In this document: piece after piece, positions 7,419 through 14,864 of the stretch
Layout: every line of letters begins with the position of its first letter
Numbering within the stretch: position 1 is the first letter of the stretch
From: a virus
DNA length: 39,901 nucleotides
IMG/VR virus record: IMGVR_UViG_3300031565_000128
Reading direction: 5' to 3' (one strand)
The notes under the pieces: model-generated
Databases searched by the model: none
What the model saw: only the letters and a program-made list of their open reading frames with translations
What the model was told of the DNA's origin: nothing
Made by a program: the position numbers and the translations under genes

Positions 7419-7918
7419 CCTAGCTCCATAACTTCCTGACTACACTGCCTAGTTGCTGGCAATGGTTTCTGAATATCCTTTAACAATCCTCGCAAATTCA
7501 ATCTCCGTACTATTGCATAGAGGACTGCCCACTCTGCTGCTTTAACACTGTCATCTGAGAAATACTCGGACTCCTTAACCTCGATTATTCGCTTGTCTGT
7601 GGCGTACAATAAGCCCCAGCCATTGTCAATATCCTCTGGACAAGCCACATTCGGCAGCGTTAGATAATATCTGAGATTTCCTAACTTCTTGATGTACCGC
7701 CGATGAGGTTTATGCTTATCAGCCTTGAAATCTGCACGGCTAACTTTGCACTCAATCAAAATGGAACGGCGGCAATTAAAACCGATGACATCTGGTATTT
7801 CAGGCAAGGTGCAGTTGAACTCCGCCAATACAACACCACAGGCAAACTTAGTTCCGTGAGCCTTTTCCAGCCACTTCCTAGCTCTCTGAACCAGTTGGGC
7901 GTGTGATATAAAATTCAT
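7415..7918 (-). CDS. PD-(D/E)xK nuclease, MmcB-like
   Basis: Motifs EIPDVIGF...ILIECKVSRADFKADK. Its stop forms an ATGA overlap with the VRR-NUC gene start. Confidence 0.55.
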   Translation of the reverse strand: MNFISHAQLVQRARKWLEKAHGTKFACGVVLAEFNCTLPEIPDVIGFNCRRSILIECKVSRADFKADKHKPHRRYIKKLGNLRYYLTLPNVACPEDIDNGWGLLYATDKRIIEVKESEYFSDDSVKAAEWAVLYAIVRRLNLRGLLKDIQKPLPATRQCSQEVMELG

Positions 7919-7928
7919 TTCTCAGCCT

Positions 7929-8246
7929 CTACTCTTTGACAATCTTTAAGCATCGTTTACAAAAGGCTTGCCACTTCTGAGAATCAATGCCGAAATCTAC
8001 ATAGTTATCCATCCCCTTCAAGTTAAAATTATTATCTTTTATCCAATCCACCACCTTTTGTATCCCTCTTTGTTCAGCCTCATCTACTTCCTTCTGTCGT
8101 GCTTCCCATGTGAGCTTGGCTTGGGCATTTATCCTGCTCTTGATATACTCCTCGAAGGCCGACTGTGCATTTGCTGCACCTAACAGAAATCTAATTGACT
8201 TACGGGTTTCCTCTTCGTTGTTTCTCACAGTCTCTTCCCAGTTCAT
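7929..8246 (-). CDS. Hypothetical protein (105 aa)
   Basis: Preferred start is ATG 8246 (MNWEETV...) with SD AAGGAGGAAC. The track start 8279 has no SD and overlaps the upstream small ORF. Confidence 0.5.
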   Translation of the reverse strand: MNWEETVRNNEEETRKSIRFLLGAANAQSAFEEYIKSRINAQAKLTWEARQKEVDEAEQRGIQKVVDWIKDNNFNLKGMDNYVDFGIDSQKWQAFCKRCLKIVKE

Positions 8247-8398
8247 TGTTCCTCCTTCTTTACAGCACCACACCAGCATCTATGTAGATGATGTGGTATC
8301 CTTCTTATGCAACTATGATGTGCTGGCATCCCTACATCAAACCACCTATATCCACAGCCACATATAAGTGTTCGGAGCATCCTAATCAATTTATTCAT
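8243..8398 (-). CDS. Small Cys/His-rich protein (51 aa, not in ORF track)
   Basis: Translation is MNKLIRMLRTLICGCGYRWFDVGMPAHHSCIRRIPHHLHRCWCGAVKKEEQ. There is a TAATG overlap with the upstream stop and an ATGA overlap with the downstream start. Confidence 0.4.
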   Translation of the reverse strand: MNKLIRMLRTLICGCGYRWFDVGMPAHHSCIRRIPHHLHRCWCGAVKKEEQ

Positions 8399-8682
8399 TA
8401 TTCCTCCTTCACTTTACATTTAACCCAAACATCGCCATCTTTGTGGGTGAGCATATACTTCTGCACATAGCCCTCACCAATATCACGATAGGCATTATTG
8501 AAGTCCTTGGCATCATTCAAAACTAAAGGCAAGTCCTGATTACTACACTTTATTCTGATGCCTTTAAGGGAGAGGATTTGGTCGGCTAAGTCATAATGGC
8601 ATGCAGCTGGCACATCAACTGCTACTGTATCGGCAACCATTAGTAATCTTGCCATCTCTTCCCTTACCTGTTCTTCGTTCAT
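8398..8682 (-). CDS. Hypothetical protein (94 aa)
   Basis: ORF with SD AGGAGGAATAA. Confidence 0.5.
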   Translation of the reverse strand: MNEEQVREEMARLLMVADTVAVDVPAACHYDLADQILSLKGIRIKCSNQDLPLVLNDAKDFNNAYRDIGEGYVQKYMLTHKDGDVWVKCKVKEE

Positions 8683-8725
8683 TTATTCCTCCTTTCTCTG
8701 CTCTTTCATTGCCTATCACCGAGAT

Positions 8726-9496
8726 TTACCTTCTGACCATGTGCCCATACTTGCCTTTGATATACTTGTCAGGGTCCTGCTTTCCGCGCGGCCCCTTATT
8801 TGAGGGGAATTTAGCTTCTCTTTCTTCGCGCTCCCAGTTCTTTAAGATGCCGGCGATATATCTCCAGTCTCTCCTCTTATGCTTTACTGCCTCCCGGATA
8901 GCGTCAATCACCCAGGACGCGCTGAATATCTCAACGGCATTCTTGAGTTCCCCATCCATGTCCTCGGGAATAGAGGCTGATTCATCCAGGCTACCCATGA
9001 TCTCTTTTTTATAAACTTCGTAGACATCTTCTATAGATAAACTAACAACACTTTCTTCTTTAGTTTCTTCTTTAACTTTATCTTTAACTTTATCTTTAAC
9101 TTTATCTTTAACTTGCGTTAGACCATTTCCGTCTTTACTCCGTCCTAAGTCGGGAGTAAAAGCAGGGATTTGCGATTGAGCTTCCTTGTCTTTTCTTAAT
9201 CCAGGCTGATGTTTCTCAAAGTTTTCCATGCACAAATATTGATTTTCGTTAACAGAATATCGCAAAATTAGCCCAGAACTTTCCAATTCTTTGAGATATT
9301 TTTCGATTTTTGCCACCGGGATTTTGCGCCGGGGAAAGACAATACTCTTGACTGTTTGGGCGTCCCCGTGCATCCTGCCCTCACAGTCCAGGTGGGTGAT
9401 TAGCCAGGTGAAGAGAAGCCGGCAGGTGTCGTCCGATAGGGCATCAACCTTCTCATCGAGGCTGATTGCCTTGCTCACAAACCTACCGCGTGCCAT
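8726..9496 (-). CDS. DnaD-domain replication initiation / replisome organizer protein
   Basis: The C-terminal WVIDAIREAVKHKRRDWRYIAGILKNWERE matches the DnaD/DnaB_2 signature (..RYI.aIL.nW). The N-terminus resembles a phage replisome-organizer winged helix. The central linker is KDKV-repeat low complexity. Confidence 0.75.
   Translation of the reverse strand: MARGRFVSKAISLDEKVDALSDDTCRLLFTWLITHLDCEGRMHGDAQTVKSIVFPRRKIPVAKIEKYLKELESSGLILRYSVNENQYLCMENFEKHQPGLRKDKEAQSQIPAFTPDLGRSKDGNGLTQVKDKVKDKVKDKVKEETKEESVVSLSIEDVYEVYKKEIMGSLDESASIPEDMDGELKNAVEIFSASWVIDAIREAVKHKRRDWRYIAGILKNWEREEREAKFPSNKGPRGKQDPDKYIKGKYGHMVRR
9069..9114. repeat. 12-bp tandem repeat x3.8 (TCTTTAACTTTA), candidate iterons/origin
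   Basis: Read directly at 9069-9080, 9081-9092, 9093-9104, with a partial copy at 9105-9114. The context is AT-rich and lies inside the replication initiator gene. Confidence 0.5.
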
Positions 9497-10328
9497 TATT
9501 AGCCCTCATATAAGCCTTCATCGCTGCTGGTCTTGACCAAGTTCGTGCCAAAGCTCGCCAATCTTTCGAGTATTGAATATACTTATCGGCTGGCTGGTAA
9601 AGTTGGGCAAATGGCATGAAGCCCAGTGCCCATACTGCTTCGAGCCTTTCCTGTGCCTCGAGTATTGTCTCGTTATTAAATGCCAAGAGAACATAAGCTC
9701 TAAGCTGTTCCCTAGTGAAACCCTCGAGCATTTTTTTTGCTCGCTCCAAGGGCTTGATCGCCTCTTTGGTATCACACGCAAAGAACAGTTGCTTAATCCG
9801 CAGCGATCGCAGATCATCGGCTATCGAATCAGTGAGCAATCTGCTATCGAGCCCCCCGGAAAACTTAATACCGTGCTGGGTGCGCAGCATATCAAAGACT
9901 TCAGCTATATGCTCTTTGTTACATTGGAGTAGGTTATTATCGAGAATGTTGCTGCCTATGCGAATCTTGATCTCTCTGAGCTTGCCTTCTCGCTCCTGCA
10001 CTAAGCACCATGGGCACTGATTGTTGCATCCCCGGCTGGTGAAAGTGACACCCTTCCTCACATAGAGCCTTGGCACAAACTCACCGGCTGCCATGCCTGG
10101 CATATATCCGTAAGCAGGTCCACCGAGCTTAACAACAGGGTAATGCTTAGACCAGGCTCTAAAAAGTCGGCTGGCTTCTGCCATGTCCCAAGTGAATGTG
10201 CAGTCAACATGAACTTCGTTTCCTGATGGAAGGAACAGTGGGGGATCGCCCACGAAAGCATAATCATCCCGGGGTGTCATTGTCGTCCTACGCGGGAAGA
10301 CTCGTATAATCTTCTGGATTCTAGCCAT
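9483..10328 (-). CDS. Radical SAM enzyme
   Basis: CX3CX2C motif TSRGCNNQCPWC after a domain of about 100 aa. Preferred start is ATG 10328 (SD GAGGAG), not the track GTG at 10364. It overlaps both neighbouring genes. Confidence 0.7.
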   Translation of the reverse strand: MARIQKIIRVFPRRTTMTPRDDYAFVGDPPLFLPSGNEVHVDCTFTWDMAEASRLFRAWSKHYPVVKLGGPAYGYMPGMAAGEFVPRLYVRKGVTFTSRGCNNQCPWCLVQEREGKLREIKIRIGSNILDNNLLQCNKEHIAEVFDMLRTQHGIKFSGGLDSRLLTDSIADDLRSLRIKQLFFACDTKEAIKPLERAKKMLEGFTREQLRAYVLLAFNNETILEAQERLEAVWALGFMPFAQLYQPADKYIQYSKDWRALARTWSRPAAMKAYMRANNGTR

Positions 10329-10596
10329 TAGTTCTCCTCGCCAGTTCCTTAACTCTTGCAGCACTCAAATTGGCCCGCGCCTCTACGCTCCCAACACCAA
10401 GTTCCCGCAGTTCGTGATAGATTTCCTTCCTTTTGTCGTCCGTTACATTCACGAAGGCATCATATTCAGCCGCACATTCAGCTTCAATAGGGCAATCAGG
10501 ATTGTCGGCGCAACACCGCTTTACCCGGCGTTCCATTGCCCTGGCTCCCCAGAACCTTCCCCTTAATAATCTCAGCGTTGCTTCCGGCTTAAACAT
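10321..10596 (-). CDS. Small Cys-rich hypothetical protein (91 aa)
   Basis: Contains RCCADNPDCPIEAEC. It is translationally coupled on both sides by 8-nt overlaps. Confidence 0.5.
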   Translation of the reverse strand: MFKPEATLRLLRGRFWGARAMERRVKRCCADNPDCPIEAECAAEYDAFVNVTDDKRKEIYHELRELGVGSVEARANLSAARVKELARRTNG

Positions 10597-11566
10597 TCGG
10601 TATTTCCTGTCTTAACATCCAAAAATTCGGTGCTTTAGAACATTCATCAACAAGATTGTCAGATAAACACGGTTCTTCATAACATGGGTCTTTGCCATTC
10701 ACCTCAGCACAGCACTTTGTATAGAACGGTGGCTCTTTTGGTAACAGTCCTCGCAGGTTATCCTTCAAAAACACCTTGACTCCCACCTTGTCCGCAGCCT
10801 CGACTATCTCACGAAGCCACCCGATACTAGGCTGTGCTGTCCACTTCAAACGCCTCAAGCTATCTCTTTCAGACATAATAGTAAGCTCAGGATACCGCTT
10901 GCACAATTCCCACAGCTCGTCATGCGAGCCTGTGCAAGCCCCGATGACGAGCCAGTTAAAAGCACCCAAGATATTCTCAAGGTCACTTCGCATCATCCGT
11001 TCCCATCGAAGGAATGGCTCTATTGAAACGAATTTAATTTTTGCCTGTATCTCATCTAGCCTATATGCAGCTTCACACAGCATAGAACGATTCGTAACAG
11101 TAACCCCCACCCAGCAATTCTCAGGAAACGGTGAGAACTTGATTAGGTTCTGAGGTTGCTTGGTGAGAAGGTAGAAGCGGTGCTGAGGGCGTTCCTTAAT
11201 CACTTGGAATATTTGCTTTTGCCATTCTCCAGGTATCCAATCCCCAAATAATTCCCCCATGTCGCAAACAAAGATTCCTACTGGCATTATCGGATTGTAG
11301 GGTTTCTTTAGTCTCTCTTCCCAAAAGCGGGGGTAGAAGGGGTCAAGGATTTTAGCTGCTGGGATACCTGGGACGAAAGGTATTCTATGTATATTCGCCA
11401 AATACAATGGCTTCAATCTCCCATTCGCCAGCTTATAGGCATAGCAGGGGAAGCCACCGCCTTTGCATAAGCCGTCTTGAATGTTCAAGCAGCCTGTTAT
11501 GATATTTAGCGTATAGCCCTGGCTGCCGTCAGGATTACGCACCCATTCTATATTTGTCTTGTTCAT
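10589..11566 (-). CDS. Phage Gp37/Gp68 (DUF5131)-like three-Cys-motif protein
   Basis: The N-terminus NIEWVRNP...NIITGCLNIQDGLCKGGGFPCYA resembles the family signature IeW...tGC...GC..CYA, with insertions. Confidence 0.6.
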   Translation of the reverse strand: MNKTNIEWVRNPDGSQGYTLNIITGCLNIQDGLCKGGGFPCYAYKLANGRLKPLYLANIHRIPFVPGIPAAKILDPFYPRFWEERLKKPYNPIMPVGIFVCDMGELFGDWIPGEWQKQIFQVIKERPQHRFYLLTKQPQNLIKFSPFPENCWVGVTVTNRSMLCEAAYRLDEIQAKIKFVSIEPFLRWERMMRSDLENILGAFNWLVIGACTGSHDELWELCKRYPELTIMSERDSLRRLKWTAQPSIGWLREIVEAADKVGVKVFLKDNLRGLLPKEPPFYTKCCAEVNGKDPCYEEPCLSDNLVDECSKAPNFWMLRQEIPNV

Positions 11567-12256
11567 TCAACCTCCTACATAAACCGGTTTGCCTGTTATT
11601 TCTTCGACCTTTCGCTTGAACATAGCTGCGTCAGAATTATTGTCGCTCAGGTGGAGCAAATGTATCTCTTCGACCTTGCTCAGATCATTTGCCCGGAGCA
11701 TCTTAACTAGCGTCTCCAAACTCATGTGGTCCTGGAGAATTGACCGCCTTAGCTCCGACGAAGGGGTGTTGTCCTTGAGCAGAGGCAAGCTGTAATTCGC
11801 CTCAATCATAATGATTTGAAGATTATTGAAACGATAGGGGCAGTATGGAGTATCTGTTATATAGATTGCTCGCTCGCCCTTACTATTTGCAAAAAGGAAT
11901 CCACAGTTAGGGACATCATGCTTGAGCGGAAATGCCTTGACTGAAAAAGTGCCGATTCTGAATTGTTGGAGCAATTTAATCTCGTGGATTCTATGCCCGG
12001 ATAATCCTAAAGCCTCCCTCGTTTCAGGAAGAAGGTAGACATCTTGCCCCTCTTTTACCGCATCAACTATGCCCTTAGAATGGTCCCCATGGGAATGACT
12101 CAAACAAATAGCAGAATACTCCGCGGTCTTGAAACTAAGTGCTTTTTGAACCTGCTTCCAGGGGAGACCACAGTCAAGCATAATCCGAGTTTCCCCGTCT
12201 GAAAGGGTACTTACATTCCCGGAACTCCCACTAGCATAAGAGCGAAAGCCTAGCAA
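11567..12256 (-). CDS. Metallo-beta-lactamase-fold hydrolase
   Basis: HxHxDH motif [11 protein letters not shown]. The N-terminal SGSSGN...IMLDCG is typical of the fold. Confidence 0.85.
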   Translation of the reverse strand: MLGFRSYASGSSGNVSTLSDGETRIMLDCGLPWKQVQKALSFKTAEYSAICLSHSHGDHSKGIVDAVKEGQDVYLLPETREALGLSGHRIHEIKLLQQFRIGTFSVKAFPLKHDVPNCGFLFANSKGERAIYITDTPYCPYRFNNLQIIMIEANYSLPLLKDNTPSSELRRSILQDHMSLETLVKMLRANDLSKVEEIHLLHLSDNNSDAAMFKRKVEEITGKPVYVGG

Positions 12257-12773
12257 TCTCCGCCTCCAATTCTTTTATTCGCTTATTCCTTCCATCATGC
12301 AATCCTTTTTGAAAACCATCTCTATAACCTCTGCTGTGGTCTCTGCCATGCTCACCCAATGAACTGGTCATCTCTAGGTTATCCTCTAGGTTATCAGCTC
12401 TATTTCTAATATCCGTATACCTTATTCCTTTATGGTGAACTACCTCCCAAGAGTGGAGACACCTACCAAGATGCTTCGCCATAACAAGGCGATGTTCAAG
12501 AACATAGCCAGAGTTGCCTGCCATGGAGTAGAAGAAGTCATTGGGATATATTTTAAGCAGGATATAACCATCAGCAGTTTTTACTCTCCCACCTTTCCAG
12601 CATGGATTCTTCTCGCCACGAACTCGTAATCTGTTCGCACACGATTTGCACCTTATATTTCCTGGCATACCTTTCCTTAATGGAACCCACCGTTTCTTTC
12701 CACAATCTTGGCAAGCCTGCCAGATGAACTTATGCCCACCTTTCCCTTTTCTAATCTCACCTACTTCCAGCAT
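12231..12773 (-). CDS. HNH homing endonuclease
   Basis: N-terminal zinc ribbon (CQDCGKK...CKSCAN). HNH_3-like [16 protein letters not shown]...VVHHKG...NLE. Start is ATG 12773 with SD GGAG. Confidence 0.8.
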   Translation of the reverse strand: MLEVGEIRKGKGGHKFIWQACQDCGKKRWVPLRKGMPGNIRCKSCANRLRVRGEKNPCWKGGRVKTADGYILLKIYPNDFFYSMAGNSGYVLEHRLVMAKHLGRCLHSWEVVHHKGIRYTDIRNRADNLEDNLEMTSSLGEHGRDHSRGYRDGFQKGLHDGRNKRIKELEAEIARLSLLC

Positions 12774-12810
12774 CACATTCTCCTAGGAAGCCAGTACCTT
12801 TATCTCCATC

Positions 12811-13506
12811 TTAAAACTCCATTACTTCTACAATCACCTTAATAATCTCATAAGCTACCTGTGGCACGATTGCATTTCCTAAACATTTAAGTCGGTCCAC
12901 CCAACAGGATACCCCATCATCTGTTCCACAAATCGGGGATTCTGTCGCCCATTGAACCATTGGTGTAAATTCATTTGGTGTTCTCCGTTTATCCCCACAT
13001 TCTTTGAATCGTTGGCTGTCGGTGTAGGCAATAACCCAAAGCCTCTCCCTTTCGTGAAGGGCAGATACGGCAAGAGCTGGAATAATAAATGATTCTGTTT
13101 TGTAGCCCTCATTTCCCATTTGAGATATGATGTTATCGAGTTCCATGTTGATGATTCCAACAACATTCTCGCAAACAATCCATCGTGGTTTAATAACCTT
13201 GATAACTCCAAGCATTTCTTCCCAGAGGTAACGATCATCTTCAATTCCTCTTTGTTTACCACTTTGGCTAAATGGTTGGCACGGGAATCCACCGGTAACC
13301 AAGTCAACTGTTCGCCCTCTAACAATTCGTTTAATTCCTTCAATGTCTCTAATATCCTCTACTATCGGCACACCTGGCCAATGCTTTCTCAAAACCTTCT
13401 GACAATACTTGTCTATCTCCACAAAGCCTATCGTCTCTATCCCTGCCCACTGACAAGCTAGGGCGAAACCACCGATGCCTGAGAACAAATCCAAGTGCTT
13501 TAGCAT
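12811..13506 (-). CDS. dcm: DNA (cytosine-5)-methyltransferase (short, minimal target-recognition region)
   Basis: Motif I DLFSGIGGF, motif IV GGFPCQPFS, motif VI ENV and motif X GNAIVPQV, in only 231 aa. Confidence 0.9.
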   Translation of the reverse strand: MLKHLDLFSGIGGFALACQWAGIETIGFVEIDKYCQKVLRKHWPGVPIVEDIRDIEGIKRIVRGRTVDLVTGGFPCQPFSQSGKQRGIEDDRYLWEEMLGVIKVIKPRWIVCENVVGIINMELDNIISQMGNEGYKTESFIIPALAVSALHERERLWVIAYTDSQRFKECGDKRRTPNEFTPMVQWATESPICGTDDGVSCWVDRLKCLGNAIVPQVAYEIIKVIVEVMEF

Positions 13507-13539
13507 TCATTCATGCTCTCTTGATAGTATGGCTTCATC

Positions 13540-14577
13540 TTAAAACTCTGGCTTCTCTTCGGCCACCGCCGGTCCTACCCTGACTGCTGCTATCCGGGTG
13601 TAGCAATCTGCCGGACTTTTCGTTATCTCTGCCTGGGTAGAAACCCCGAGCTCATCCAGCACTTGTTTTGGTTTCAAACCGAAGTCATCAAAACATGCCT
13701 TCGTCATAGCTGCTAATGTTTTGAGACTCGCGGGATCACGGTCTATCGTTTTGTCCTCAACAATCTCCCCGGTCTCGGGATCCACGTCAATAAAGTCCTT
13801 GTTGGCGTTCTCTTCAATCTCAGTTTCGAGCTCAAGAACAGTTTGCTCTTCGTCTGAGCGGTTAAAATGCTCCAGGAATAGATTACTGTCAGAACTAGAG
13901 TTGATCATCGCCTTGCATGCCCGGTTCGTTACGGTGCGCTTCGCCATTTCTTCAGGGAATTGAGAATGAACTGAATTAGGCGAGGCAGGGTCCATCTTCG
14001 ATTTAGCCCATGCCTTTTTAATTTGGTCAATAGTCATAATCTCGGTAAACGTAGGCTTAACAGTGCTGAACTCAATCACGCAATAAGCAGCCACGATAGC
14101 GCCTGGCTTGATATTCCCTAGCTTCTGCGTGTGCCTGGTTACATTCTTTCGATTGTGGGAGATCGTATATTCAAACTCATCCGCTTCATAAACGACCTCA
14201 GCCCAAATATCACTTGCTCCCGCTACCCTCTCGGCTACTGCCATGGTGCCAAAGTAACTTCTCTGGCATACGAGCCTTTGCCCGTATGCGATAAAGTAGC
14301 ATTGGTCCTTGCCAGGGTTTAACCCCTGGACGGCCATGTCGAGAAGGGCATTTGCTATACTAGCCTGAGAACACGCCTGGAGAGCCGGGCGTTTGTCCTT
14401 ATCAACTGTCTCCTGGAGCGCCAGCCACGCCGACTTCAATGCGTTCTCAATGCTGTAGTTTGCCGGTAAGACCAGCTCCCTGTTATCTGTGTAGGTTCGC
14501 AACTTTGAAGTCACGATTGCCACTATATCAAATGGCTTGGCTACCGCCGTGTCCTTTTTCTCCGTTACTTTTTCCAT
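13540..14577 (-). CDS. recT: RecT-family single-strand annealing recombinase
   Basis: RecT-like core: ALKSAWLALQETVDKD...SIANALLDMAVQGLNPGKDQCYFIAYG...QRSYFG. Confidence 0.8.
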   Translation of the reverse strand: MEKVTEKKDTAVAKPFDIVAIVTSKLRTYTDNRELVLPANYSIENALKSAWLALQETVDKDKRPALQACSQASIANALLDMAVQGLNPGKDQCYFIAYGQRLVCQRSYFGTMAVAERVAGASDIWAEVVYEADEFEYTISHNRKNVTRHTQKLGNIKPGAIVAAYCVIEFSTVKPTFTEIMTIDQIKKAWAKSKMDPASPNSVHSQFPEEMAKRTVTNRACKAMINSSSDSNLFLEHFNRSDEEQTVLELETEIEENANKDFIDVDPETGEIVEDKTIDRDPASLKTLAAMTKACFDDFGLKPKQVLDELGVSTQAEITKSPADCYTRIAAVRVGPAVAEEKPEF

Positions 14578-14627
14578 TATTTGATTCCTCCTTTTTTATT
14601 TATTCTCTCTGGAATACTAGGTTCAAT

Positions 14628-14852
14628 CTAACAAGAAAAGCGATAGTGAGTTTTCCCTTGTCCATCAGGGCAAGGCGCTTGGCCATTTCCGTCGAATCTC
14701 CACTTACTGCTAATTCCAGTGGGCGATTCTCTATTTAATCTTGAGGTTGCCTCTTCAATAGACAACCTGGTGCAAACAACAGCATCGCACATGCCGATGT
14801 ATAGCACCTCAAAGTCGATATTTGGCTTAGCTTTATTTTTCCCCTTGTTCAT
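14628..14852 (-). CDS. Hypothetical protein (74 aa)
   Basis: ORF with SD AAAGGAGGAGAG. Confidence 0.5.
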   Translation of the reverse strand: MNKGKNKAKPNIDFEVLYIGMCDAVVCTRLSIEEATSRLNRESPTGISSKWRFDGNGQAPCPDGQGKTHYRFSC

Positions 14853-14864
14853 CTCTCCTCCTTT

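Noticed and set aside
9069-9114. A CRISPR-like array.
   Set aside because: The units are 12 bp, contiguous and without spacers, and they lie in frame within a coding linker. This is not a CRISPR array. No other repeat-spacer structure is seen in the window.
12372-12395. 12-bp tandem duplication CTCTAGGTTATC x2.
   Set aside because: It lies inside the HNH gene and simply encodes DNLE-DNLE. It is probably a slippage duplication with no separate feature.
12879-13343. 154-aa minus-strand ORF nested in the methyltransferase gene, and similar nested minus-strand ORFs such as 5700..5894, 9518..9817, 10058..10267, 22269..22538, 23320..23550, 27332..27535, 29031..29288, 31070..31252 and 32586..32768.
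   Set aside because: They are alternative frames inside longer ORFs that carry the recognisable motifs or the better coding context. There is no independent SD or coupling evidence.
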